From positions 20,836-84,835 of the forward strand of contig JBGASX010000003.1 in assembly GCA_044229445.1 (NCBI GenBank): DNA of 64,000 bases. Direction: 5' to 3'. Made by a program: the position numbers and the translations under genes. The DNA is from Gemmatimonadales bacterium. Lineage in GTDB: Bacteria; Gemmatimonadota; Gemmatimonadetes; Gemmatimonadales; GWC2-71-9. The notes beneath the pieces are model-generated. The model ran no database searches. It was not told the origin of the DNA and was given only the letters and a program-made list of their open reading frames with translations. Positions 22,769-30,834 of this stretch are shown here, in pieces (position 1 is the first letter of the stretch; the number at the start of each line of letters is the position of its first letter).

Positions 22769-22797
22769 AGTATGGGATACCTTGTCCGCGCTGGCAA
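22769..22797 (-). promoter_or_regulatory. sigma-70-like promoter candidate for the TrmB gene (leaderless geometry)
   Basis: Minus strand TTGCCA (22797..22792), 17 nt, CATACT (22774..22769). The -10 ends 6 nt before the ATG at 22762. Confidence 0.35.
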
Positions 22798-22851
22798 TAG
22801 GGAAGAGCCTGATCCTTCAGGACTTGGAGACACATCGTTCGAAATGGAAAC

Positions 22852-22879
22852 GACCCTCGCCGCGATTGCGGGGAGGGTC
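22852..22879 (-). terminator. hairpin downstream of hypothetical gene 22908..24062
   Basis: GACCCTCGCCGC / GCGGGGAGGGTC pairs at 11 of 12 positions, with loop GATT. On the minus-strand RNA it is followed by GUUUCCAUUUCG. Confidence 0.5.
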
Positions 22880-22907
22880 GTCAGGCTGATTACCGGTCAG
22901 TCAGCGG

Positions 22908-24062
22908 TCAGACGTACTCGAGGGTCCAGCCCATGGCCTTTGCGATGAGGGCGAGACGGAACGTGATATCGACCTGCTTCCATTCCGGTGCCTTGGACTC
23001 GGCATCCAGCGGGAACATGTGGTAGGTGATCTTGTTCGTCGCCTTGGGCAGCGAACGGAGATTCTTCGGATTCCAGACCCCGTTCTCGTCGCAATCCTTG
23101 AGCAGGCGGCTCAGCACCCTGGACGCGGTCGGTGAGGCAGCAACGCCACCGATGCGGGCGAGGAGCTCCAGGAAATGCAGGGCGAGCGGGATGTCCTTGG
23201 GGAGCCCCTTGCTGTCGGCCTCGACGGGATCGCCGAGCAGCAGGTGCGCGGGCTTCACCTTCTTCTTCCCGATGGCCAGGGCGAACGCCTTCTTGGGCTG
23301 CGGCTCGGAGAGATAATGCGTCAGCCGCTCCTTGAAACCAGCGCGCTCCCGCTGGAGGTTTGGCATCGCTGCGATCATCGCGAGCGAGTACCAGGTCGGC
23401 GGGTTGGCTTCGGGGTGAAGCACTGAAGAGGCACCGGCCCGCACGAACGGCTTCTCCGCGAGCGGGCTCCGCAGGAACTCCGAGATCTCCGATGCGATCT
23501 TGTGGGCCGCGCCACGGACACGCGGATCCTCGATGTGGCCGGCCTCGGCGAGTGCCGCGGTCGCCCCCTCACGGGTGAGGTTCCGGGCCCAGAGGGTATA
23601 GGCCTCGTCTCCCTTGGCCGCCTTCTGATACTCGAAGAGCAGTGCCGGGTCTTCGTCGCGGGACAACAGCCTGAAGAGCAGCCGGTCCGCCAGCTTGTAG
23701 GGACGCGCGGTCTGGCTCAGCCCGAGCTGCAGGAGCCGACGGTACTGAGGAATCGTGCCGACGTCCTTGATGCCCAGCGCGGCGGCCGGGGCGAGACCAA
23801 GCAGGTTCCCACCCCAGACACCATTGTCCTTCTGCTTCTTCACGACCACCTGGATCGCCTTGGAAGCGTCGAGAGCGGTGCGGGCATGCTCGGTGGTTTC
23901 CTGCGCGATCGTGCCGGCGGGTGCCAACTCGGCAAAGGTCCGGTACCGGACGATCTCGCCACCATGGGCGAGAAGCCATCCGATCGGGATTCGGTGCGTG
24001 TTCGGGAGATCCAGAAGCGCCCCCGTGTCGAGGTAAGGACGGGATTGGAAAATCGGGCGCAA
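22908..24062 (-). CDS. hypothetical protein (possible alpha/alpha-toroid, prenyltransferase/terpene-cyclase-like repeats)
   Basis: 384-aa ORF that looks coding throughout. Two QxxDGxW-like repeats (KKQKDNGVWGGN, CDENGVWNP). No signal peptide. The only start in the track is TTG at 24062, and there is no in-frame ATG near the N-terminus. Confidence 0.55.
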   Translation of the reverse strand: MRPIFQSRPYLDTGALLDLPNTHRIPIGWLLAHGGEIVRYRTFAELAPAGTIAQETTEHARTALDASKAIQVVVKKQKDNGVWGGNLLGLAPAAALGIKDVGTIPQYRRLLQLGLSQTARPYKLADRLLFRLLSRDEDPALLFEYQKAAKGDEAYTLWARNLTREGATAALAEAGHIEDPRVRGAAHKIASEISEFLRSPLAEKPFVRAGASSVLHPEANPPTWYSLAMIAAMPNLQRERAGFKERLTHYLSEPQPKKAFALAIGKKKVKPAHLLLGDPVEADSKGLPKDIPLALHFLELLARIGGVAASPTASRVLSRLLKDCDENGVWNPKNLRSLPKATNKITYHMFPLDAESKAPEWKQVDITFRLALIAKAMGWTLEYV

Positions 24063-24078
24063 TTATAGTTGCGGTGGG

Positions 24079-24119
24079 CCGCTTACGCTACTTGGGCCGG
24101 TGCCATGAAGCGTAAGCGG
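24079..24119 (-). terminator. 11-bp perfect inverted repeat between the M28 gene end and the hypothetical gene start
   Basis: CCGCTTACGCT (24079..24089) pairs with AGCGTAAGCGG (24109..24119) across a 19-nt loop, inside an AT-richer spacer. No U-tract, so it could equally be an operator. Confidence 0.35.
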
Positions 24120-24172
24120 TTGATCTTCAATGCTTTGTGTAACGCGTCAATTTGTCGCACCCGGCCACATGC

Positions 24173-25834
24173 TCACTTCCTTCTCGCCTCCCCAGCCTGC
24201 CGGAACTCCGAGGTGGCGCTCCAGGTCGGCTGAGTCGGGGCGTTGGCCACGGCGACGGCCGTTCGGACCACGACCTTGATCTGCTGGATCGCGCCGTCCA
24301 TCACGAACCAGGGCAGCAGCTCGTCCTGGGGCTGGTGGTAGCGCTTTTCGTTGTACTCCTCTTGTTGCTGATCTCCCCAGCCCGCGGGATGGTCCACGAA
24401 GTCGTGCCCGCTCTCGAGCGACAGCGCGGGTACCCCCGCCTGGGCGAAGGGAAAGTGATCCGAGCGGAAGAACGAGCCGCGGATGAGTGACGACGAGTCG
24501 ATGGTGACTCGAAGTCCCTCGGCGGCGGCGGCCGTCGTGAAAACACCGCCGAGCGAGGACTGGTCCATGCCGAGCGCGGCGATGTCACGGGTCCGGCCGT
24601 AGAGGTTCATCACGTCCATGTTGAGGACGGCCGCGAGGTTCTTCAACGGAATCGTCGGATTCGCGGCGAAGGCCTGTGAGCCGAGGAGACCGCTTTCCTC
24701 CGCACCGACCGCCATGAACATGACTGACCGCTGTGTCTCGGTTCCGCTGCGCACGAACGCTTCGGCAGCGGTGAGGACGGCGGCGGTACCCGAGGCGTTG
24801 TCCTCGGCGCCGTTGTAGATCGAGTCGCCATTGACGGGGGCGCGAACGCCGAGATGGTCATAGTGCCCGCTCAGCAGCACCGCTTCCTTCGCGAGGCGCC
24901 CGCGACCGGGCAAGCGGGCCACCACGTTCGACGTGGCGGAGCGACGGATCGTGCTGCGCACGCTCGACTCGATACCGAAGGGGAGCGGCACGGCGCGGAA
25001 TCCCTTCTTCCCCGCCTGGGTCATCAGGGCGGGCAGGTCGAGTCCTCCCTGCGAAAAGAGGCGACCCGCCACTTCATCGCGCATCCAGCCGGCGACCACG
25101 AGGGAGCCTGCGGGCCGCTCGAGCCGCACCTGCTCGCCCGTCCAGGAGCCAGTGACCGTGGTCCACGGATAGGTTGCGCTCTCGGTCGTGTGAATGAGGA
25201 CGAGCCCGGCGGCCCCCTGACGCTGGGCCTCCTCGATCTTGTAGGTCCACCGGCCGTAGTAGGTGAGGATGCGCCCGCGGAAAATTGCGGGATCGTGCAG
25301 GCCCGGATCGTTGACGAGGCAGAAGACGATCTTTCCCTTCACGTCCAAGCCGGCGTAATCGTTCCAGCCCCATTCGGGGGCGACGATGCCATAGCCCACG
25401 AATACCGCCGGTCCCGCCACGTTCACCTGCTCCTCGTTGCGCATCGACCAGAGGACGTACTCGTCCCGGTACTTGAGCGTCGCCGGATTGGCGCCGGTGA
25501 CCTTGAGCGACGGGTCGGGCGTGAGTGCGACGATCGGCACGCGGTGGAAATAGCTGCCGCTGTCGCCGGCCGGCTCGAGTCCGAGGCGACGGAACTGGGT
25601 CGCGATGTATTTCGCGGCGAGCTCCCCGCCCCGGGTCGCCGGCGCCCGGCCTTCCAGCAGGTCGTCCGACAGGTACTCGAGATGGGCGCGGTAGACATCG
25701 GCGCTCAGCGCGCGGGTCACTCGCGTTGCCGGCGTCGGCATCTGGGCGGAGAGTGCCGAGTTCCGAGTTCCGAGTACTGAGACGGCCAGGACGAAGCCCA
25801 GCGGGGCGGCTTTGGCGAAGAAGATTTTGACCAT
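24173..25834 (-). CDS. secreted M28-family aminopeptidase with PA domain
   Basis: 553 aa. Signal peptide MVKIFFAKAAPLGFVLAVSVLG..., and zinc-site pattern LSGHYDHLG, NGAEDNASGTA, VGAEESGLLGS, SDHFPFAQAGVPAL. Confidence 0.85.
   Translation of the reverse strand: MVKIFFAKAAPLGFVLAVSVLGTRNSALSAQMPTPATRVTRALSADVYRAHLEYLSDDLLEGRAPATRGGELAAKYIATQFRRLGLEPAGDSGSYFHRVPIVALTPDPSLKVTGANPATLKYRDEYVLWSMRNEEQVNVAGPAVFVGYGIVAPEWGWNDYAGLDVKGKIVFCLVNDPGLHDPAIFRGRILTYYGRWTYKIEEAQRQGAAGLVLIHTTESATYPWTTVTGSWTGEQVRLERPAGSLVVAGWMRDEVAGRLFSQGGLDLPALMTQAGKKGFRAVPLPFGIESSVRSTIRRSATSNVVARLPGRGRLAKEAVLLSGHYDHLGVRAPVNGDSIYNGAEDNASGTAAVLTAAEAFVRSGTETQRSVMFMAVGAEESGLLGSQAFAANPTIPLKNLAAVLNMDVMNLYGRTRDIAALGMDQSSLGGVFTTAAAAEGLRVTIDSSSLIRGSFFRSDHFPFAQAGVPALSLESGHDFVDHPAGWGDQQQEEYNEKRYHQPQDELLPWFVMDGAIQQIKVVVRTAVAVANAPTQPTWSATSEFRQAGEARRK
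25751..25771. repeat. arm A of a 21-bp perfect inverted repeat (tandem heptamers GAGTGCC GAGTTCC GAGTTCC)
   Basis: GAGTGCCGAGTTCCGAGTTCC lies inside the M28 signal-peptide codons (..VLGTRNSALSA..). It is the exact reverse complement of 25882..25902. Confidence 0.9.
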
Positions 25835-25881
25835 GGTCCACTCAGCAGTTGAAGACGCGACCAGAAACTATCACAAATTCG

Positions 25882-25902
25882 GGAACTCGGAACTCGGCAC
25901 TC
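25882..25902. repeat. arm B of the 21-bp perfect inverted repeat (GGAACTC GGAACTC GGCACTC, plus a 4th heptamer GGCACTA)
   Basis: GGAACTCGGAACTCGGCACTC lies in the 72-nt spacer immediately 3' of the hydrolase stop codon. The 4th heptamer contains that stop. Confidence 0.9.
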
Positions 25903-25906
25903 GGCA

Positions 25907-26800
25907 CTACTTCGTCCCGCATCCCGGTTGCCGCAGAAAGGCTTCCATGGCGGCGGCGACGGTGTCCGGCAGCGTCTGGTGCGGACGGTGCAGCGTGGCA
26001 AGCGACAGGAAACGGCGGCAGGGAAGCTGCTCGGCGATCTGCTGCCCGATGCTGAGCGGAATCGTGGGATCCTGTTCGCCCCAGATGAGCAGCACCGGCT
26101 GCTTGAGGCTTCGGAAGCGATCCTGCAGGGCGGCGAAGTCGAAGTCCTCGAGTACCCGCCGGGCTGAACGGGCGGTGTTGGAATCGGCGCTGGGCTCATA
26201 GTCGCGGGCGTCCGCCGGTTCGGCGAGCCAGGCGCTGTCGTGTGCCGGGAGCACGAACGAGATCGCCGACACCACCCACTTGGTCGCCGGCGATGCGATC
26301 CCGCCCGTGTCGGTCAGCAGGGTATTGATCCCCGCACCGGCGGGATCGATGAGTACGGCGGCGACCACGCGATCGGGATGGTCCAGGGCGAGGCCGGCCG
26401 CGATCTGGCCGCCCATGGAGTGTCCAACGACCACCACGGGTCCCCTGGTGTGGGCCATGAGGAAGTCGCCGAGCCAGCGCGAGTACGCGGGATAGTCATA
26501 GCGGACATCGGGCTTGTCGCTGAGCCCGAACCCGGGCAGGTCGACGGCGATGACGCGATCGTGGCGCGCCAGCCGGTCGAGGATGAGTCGCCAGGCGAGC
26601 AGCGACTCGCCATATCCGTGCAGCAGGAGCAGCGTGGTGTCGCCGCGGCCGGCTTCGAGGACCCGTAGTCTGAGGCTGTCGGTCTCCATCCAGCTCGCGC
26701 GATGTGCGGGGCGGGTGCGGTGCGGCTGTCCCAGGCCGACCCAGAGCAGGATGGCCGCGCCGAGTGCGACCAGGAACCGCCGCAGGACCCTTCTAAGCAC
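25907..26800 (-). CDS. alpha/beta-fold hydrolase
   Basis: 297 aa. LLLLHGYGES and nucleophile elbow VVGHSMGG. An N-terminal hydrophobic segment is present. Confidence 0.85.
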   Translation of the reverse strand: MLRRVLRRFLVALGAAILLWVGLGQPHRTRPAHRASWMETDSLRLRVLEAGRGDTTLLLLHGYGESLLAWRLILDRLARHDRVIAVDLPGFGLSDKPDVRYDYPAYSRWLGDFLMAHTRGPVVVVGHSMGGQIAAGLALDHPDRVVAAVLIDPAGAGINTLLTDTGGIASPATKWVVSAISFVLPAHDSAWLAEPADARDYEPSADSNTARSARRVLEDFDFAALQDRFRSLKQPVLLIWGEQDPTIPLSIGQQIAEQLPCRRFLSLATLHRPHQTLPDTVAAAMEAFLRQPGCGTK

Positions 26801-27683
26801 CGCAGCGCACCACGTGGATCGGTCCCGGCTGACCGTTGGGATAGTTCTCGCTGGTCAGCACCATCCGCTGGCCGTCGAGCCAGTCGATTCCCTCTCCCTG
26901 CGGCTCGAGTCCCGCGACGTTGCAGCTGGATGGGGGGCCCAGGCGACCCATGCCAGTCACCGGGAAGAGATAGATCTCGGTGTAGGTGCGCACCGCGATG
27001 GTTCGGCCGTCGGGCGAGCGCGCAGCATCGGTGACCCAGCGTCCCAGCTTCTTGTCCGCCTGGATTGGCAGGTACTGCACCAGCGCGGCCTCGACCGGGG
27101 TCCCGCGACCGAATCCATTCGCGGGAAGCCGGAAGAGCTTGACCCCGCCGGTGCGTCCCTTGGTCACCAGGAAGATCGCGCCGGCGTCGTCGAGCCACAT
27201 CGCTTCGGTGTCGTGCGGGCCATCGGGATAGCGGAAGACGAGCGAGTCGAGATCGATGGGTGCGGGATCCGTGGCGCCGCGAAAGCGCTCGAAGCGGGTC
27301 GGCTCCCGCACCCGATAGATCGTCACCGTCGGCTGGTGTTCGGCATTATCGCCAATATCGCCGATGTAGAGACAGGAGCCCGACGGACAGGGCCCGATAC
27401 TGATCGCCTCCCAGTCCCGGTTGCGCACACCCGGTACCCGCCAGCGGCCGAGAGGCCGGCCACTCGAGTCGATCGCGAAGATGACGGGATCGTTGCCGGA
27501 GTCGTTGATCGTGTAGAGCACCCGCGGCATGGTGCGGCTGCGGATGACGCCGGAGCTCTCGGTGAGATCGGGATCCTGCATCGCCCCGGTCTTCACCGCC
27601 TCGACCGGCCGCGGGGTGAGCTGCTGGGCGAAGAGCGGGGCCGGGAGGAAGAGTGCAGCGAGGCCGACGGCGATCAGACGCAT
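26793..27683 (-). CDS. secreted hypothetical protein (beta-propeller-like)
   Basis: ORF 26793..27902 trimmed to ATG 27683, giving signal peptide MRLIAVGLAALFLPAPLFAQQ. Repeated beta-rich motifs (LTESSGV, INDSGND, DWEAISIG, LYIGDIGDN). I cannot name the family with confidence. Confidence 0.6.
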   Translation of the reverse strand: MRLIAVGLAALFLPAPLFAQQLTPRPVEAVKTGAMQDPDLTESSGVIRSRTMPRVLYTINDSGNDPVIFAIDSSGRPLGRWRVPGVRNRDWEAISIGPCPSGSCLYIGDIGDNAEHQPTVTIYRVREPTRFERFRGATDPAPIDLDSLVFRYPDGPHDTEAMWLDDAGAIFLVTKGRTGGVKLFRLPANGFGRGTPVEAALVQYLPIQADKKLGRWVTDAARSPDGRTIAVRTYTEIYLFPVTGMGRLGPPSSCNVAGLEPQGEGIDWLDGQRMVLTSENYPNGQPGPIHVVRCGA

Positions 27684-27769
27684 GCCGAATGGTAGCCGCA
27701 GGGCGCGGCGAGTGTCATCCCGGTGGCGCGACGCGAGGGGATTGGCGCCGCGCGGTCGCGCTCTCCGGC

Positions 27770-28999
27770 TCAGCGCCGGGTGTGCATCGGCTCGGCGAAA
27801 TTCCTGACGGGTGCCGGCCGGACCGCCACCTGGGTGGCGATGAGGGCACTCCTCTCGAAGATGCGGGGATCGTAGTCCGACCGCGGATTCCACAGCACCC
27901 ACGACTGGAGCCCGACATCTCGCACCGCGCGGATCTGGTCCCGGACCATGTCCGGAGTGTATCGCGGCTGACCGAGCGTGAACGCCTGGAGGTAGGGCCG
28001 GATTTCCGCGGTCGTGGTGCCCATCTGCCGCGCCCGTTCGACGCCGTCGGCGAGGGCGTGCCTGACGATCGTGTAGGGCTCGCTGTTGGGATGCGAGACC
28101 CCGTACATCGCGTGGAAATAATGGCTCGGGTAGACCATCGGCAGCACGACGTCGGCGGTGCTGACGAGGTCCTCCCAGACCTGCCCGATGCCGAGATCGA
28201 CCCGGACGTTCGTGGTCATGCCGAACACATCGATGGTGAAGGGGACGCCGAGCGGCTTCACCCGGTCGCGGAGGAGCCGGAGGTTCCGGCTCACGCCATC
28301 GCGGACGTTCTCGCCCTTGCGGCGTGCCGGGAAGACGGCATGCGCCATCCGGGCCTTTGGTTCGTCGGGAAAGCGGACGTAGTCGAACTGCACTTCGTCG
28401 AAGCCGTTGTGGACGGCTTCGGCCGCGAGCTGTGACGCATAGACCCAGATCGAATCGTTGAACGCATCGACCCAGGCGAAGTTGAGCCGGTCGCGCCAGA
28501 GGCCGCCGCTCACGTCCTGGACCGACCAGTTCGGCTTCCGCGAGGCGAGGAGCGGGTCCTTCGCCACGACGATGCGGGCGATCGCGTGGATGCCGTGCTC
28601 ATGCAGGGTGCGGAGCCGGGCCTGGGCGTCCCGGGCGCGAATCTGCCCATTGGCGCCGATCGCGACCGCCGTCGGGACCGCGGAGCGGTAGGTCAGGTAC
28701 CCGGTGTCGTCCTTGATGTCGATGACGAAGCTGTTGACCTCGGTGCTGTCGGCGAGCCGCACCAGATCCCAGAACCGCGCTCCGCCGAACGCCCAGGCGT
28801 TCACGTAGACGGCGCGGACGGCGGCCGGCGCGTGGTGGATCGGGGGCGCGGGCCAGGCCAGCGGCTCCGTGATCCGGGGGCCGAGCGTGAGGAGCGGTTC
28901 GGGTAGCGTCAACTCGTCGCCCCACTGCCGGGTGGTCTGCGCGGCGAGCGGAGAGCAGATGATGAACAGGCCGAATGCGGCAAGCGTGGCGCGGCGCAT
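27770..28999 (-). CDS. secreted putative glycoside-hydrolase-like TIM-barrel protein (DUF4015-like)
   Basis: 409 aa. Signal peptide MRRATLAAFGLFIICSPLAAQ. VIDIKDDTGYLTY, IARIVVAKDP and GFDEVQFDYVRFP, the last being characteristic of that family as I recall it. Confidence 0.7.
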   Translation of the reverse strand: MRRATLAAFGLFIICSPLAAQTTRQWGDELTLPEPLLTLGPRITEPLAWPAPPIHHAPAAVRAVYVNAWAFGGARFWDLVRLADSTEVNSFVIDIKDDTGYLTYRSAVPTAVAIGANGQIRARDAQARLRTLHEHGIHAIARIVVAKDPLLASRKPNWSVQDVSGGLWRDRLNFAWVDAFNDSIWVYASQLAAEAVHNGFDEVQFDYVRFPDEPKARMAHAVFPARRKGENVRDGVSRNLRLLRDRVKPLGVPFTIDVFGMTTNVRVDLGIGQVWEDLVSTADVVLPMVYPSHYFHAMYGVSHPNSEPYTIVRHALADGVERARQMGTTTAEIRPYLQAFTLGQPRYTPDMVRDQIRAVRDVGLQSWVLWNPRSDYDPRIFERSALIATQVAVRPAPVRNFAEPMHTRR

Positions 29000-29035
29000 G
29001 GCTGAATTCCGTCTGAAGAGGCTCCTGCAACGACA

Positions 29036-29064
29036 GAGAGGGCGGCCTGGTGGGCCGCCCTCTC
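29036..29064 (-). terminator. intrinsic terminator candidate after the OmpA-family gene
   Basis: Perfect 12-bp stem GAGAGGGCGGCC (29036..29047) / GGCCGCCCTCTC (29053..29064) with a 5-nt loop. Confidence 0.55.
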
Positions 29065-29097
29065 GTCATCGGGCAATTGCCGTGCGCGCGGAACTGT

Positions 29098-30492
29098 CTA
29101 GGGATTGCGGGTGACGCGAATCTCGACGCGCCGGTTGGTGGTGCGCGCCGCCTCGGTGGTGTCGGAAACGATGAGCGTCTGGGAGCCCCGGCCCACGGCC
29201 GTGACCCGGCTCACCTCGATGCCCTGCTTGATCAGGTAGTCCCGGATCACGTCGGCACGCCGCTGGGACAGCCGGGTATTGTCGCTGGGCACGAGCCGGT
29301 CCTGGGCGAAGCCGTTCACCTCGGCACTGGCCTTCGGGTCGGCCTTGAGGACCCCGATCACCGAGTCGATCACCGGCAGCGCCGGCGCGGTCAGGACCGA
29401 GCTGCGCAGGGCCCAGATCGAACCGGGGAGGATCCACACCCGTTCGCTGGGGCTGCTGTCCGCGGCGGCGGGGGGCGGCGTGGTGGGGCAGCCGTTCGCA
29501 TCGACCGGCGCGCCGATCTTGGTGTCGGGGCACTTGTCGAGGCCGTCGAGCACGCCGTCGTTATCGCTGTCGCCGGGGCAGCCCAGGGCGTCGACGGTGG
29601 CCCCGGCCGGGGTCAGCGGGCAGCGATCGAGGCCATCGAAGACACCGTCGCCGTCGGAATCACCGGGGCACCCGCGGGCATCCACCAGCGCGCCCTTCGG
29701 GGTGTCGGGGCACTGATCGAGGCCGTCCAGATAGCCGTCGCCATCGGAATCCATGGTGCAGCCCGCGGAATCCACGGTGGCACCTTCGGGGGTGTTCGGG
29801 CAGCGGTCGACGCCGTCGGGGACGCCATCGGCGTCCCGATCGGTGGGACAGCCACGCTTGTCGACCAGGGCGCCGAGCCGGGTCCCGGGGCAGCTGTCGT
29901 AGCGGTCGTAGACTCCGTCGCCATCGTTATCCACGAGAGGCTTGCTGCCGATCATCAGGCTGAGGCCGCCCTGCACGACCGCGTTGGTGAACTTGAGGGT
30001 CGTCAGGCTGCGGTTCGCGGCGACTTCATAGCGCATGAGCAGCACTGGCGTCAGGCTGATGCGGGTGCCGAGGCCGGCCTGGACCACGTCGGCCGAGCCG
30101 CAGGGACCGGAGCCCGGGACGGAGACGGCGGGACAGCTGCCGAAGCTGGTGTGCCCGTAGCCGCCCTTCACGAAGAAGCTGGCCCGGTTGCCGATGGGAA
30201 AATTCCCGAGCAGCCAGCCACCGATGCTCGAGACGGAGACTTTCTGGTTGAGCGGTGTGGTCGTGGAAGGCTTGGCGAACACACCCTCGACCTCGAGGGA
30301 GAGCGGCCCGTAGATCCAGTAGCCGAGCCGGCCCGCCGCGCCGAAGGTGGAGCCCAGGTCGAGCTTGCTGTCGAAGAGATTGTACCCGCCGGCGCCACTG
30401 AGCTCGAGGCGGTAGAGGCGCTGGGCCGCGACCGGGGAGTGCAGGGTGGCGAGGGCGAGGAGGAGGCTGGGCAGGACCTGGCGAGCGCGCAT
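29098..30492 (-). CDS. OmpA-family outer-membrane protein with thrombospondin type-3 (Ca-binding) repeats
   Basis: 464 aa. Signal peptide and an N-terminal beta-barrel. About six D-x-D-x-DG-x-x-D-x-x-D-x-C-P repeats (DSDGDGYLDGLDQCPDTP and similar). C-terminal OmpA domain ending ...TNRRVEIRVTRNP. Confidence 0.9.
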   Translation of the reverse strand: MRARQVLPSLLLALATLHSPVAAQRLYRLELSGAGGYNLFDSKLDLGSTFGAAGRLGYWIYGPLSLEVEGVFAKPSTTTPLNQKVSVSSIGGWLLGNFPIGNRASFFVKGGYGHTSFGSCPAVSVPGSGPCGSADVVQAGLGTRISLTPVLLMRYEVAANRSLTTLKFTNAVVQGGLSLMIGSKPLVDNDGDGVYDRYDSCPGTRLGALVDKRGCPTDRDADGVPDGVDRCPNTPEGATVDSAGCTMDSDGDGYLDGLDQCPDTPKGALVDARGCPGDSDGDGVFDGLDRCPLTPAGATVDALGCPGDSDNDGVLDGLDKCPDTKIGAPVDANGCPTTPPPAAADSSPSERVWILPGSIWALRSSVLTAPALPVIDSVIGVLKADPKASAEVNGFAQDRLVPSDNTRLSQRRADVIRDYLIKQGIEVSRVTAVGRGSQTLIVSDTTEAARTTNRRVEIRVTRNP

Positions 30493-30668
30493 CGGGACTC
30501 TGACGGTACGGGGAACCGAAGGGACCCGTAGATAGTGCCCGTCAGCACGGGGGATGGCAAGTGGAAGCGCCGGGGTTGTGCGGCATCGCTCTTCAGACTG
30601 GGGAGGTCCGCGTTTAGGTTCTTCCCTGACCGTGCGCGTCCCGTGCCCCCTTCAGCCGATACCGAGTC

Positions 30669-30828
30669 ATGCAGATCACGATCGAATACTGCGTCGTTTG
30701 AAACTATGAACCCCGGGCTGCCGGTCTGGCGGCCGGCCGACGGCGTGCAGATCTACTCCAAGCGAACCCTCGGCCGGCACGCTGCCCCGGGCGAGGTCAT
30801 GCAGTTACTGCGGCAGAAGACGGGCTGA
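30669..30828 (+). pseudogene. Rdx (SelW/SelT/SelH-like) CxxU selenoprotein gene remnant, frame-broken with internal deletion
   Basis: Frame 1 from ATG 30669 gives MQITIEYCVV[TGA]NYEPRAAGLAA, which fits the family N-terminus I-x-I-E-Y-C-x-x-C/U-x-aromatic-x-x-R-A-A-x-L-A. The +1 frame from ~30724 gives VWRPADGVQIYSKRTLGRHAAPGEVMQLLRQKTG*, which fits the family C-terminus. About 25 residues between the two parts are missing. Confidence 0.45.
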
Positions 30829-30834
30829 TCGTTG

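Noticed and set aside
29480-29940. Periodic ~45-60-nt DNA repeats that could be mistaken for a CRISPR or tandem-repeat array.
   Set aside because: They are in frame within the OmpA-family gene and encode thrombospondin type-3 Ca-binding repeats. There are no unique spacers and no cas genes.
30699-30760. A functional bacterial SECIS hairpin downstream of the in-frame TGA of the Rdx-like remnant.
   Set aside because: Only weak, interrupted GC pairings can be drawn by eye in this GC-rich stretch, and the reading frame is broken shortly after. I cannot support a SECIS or active Sec insertion from the sequence alone.
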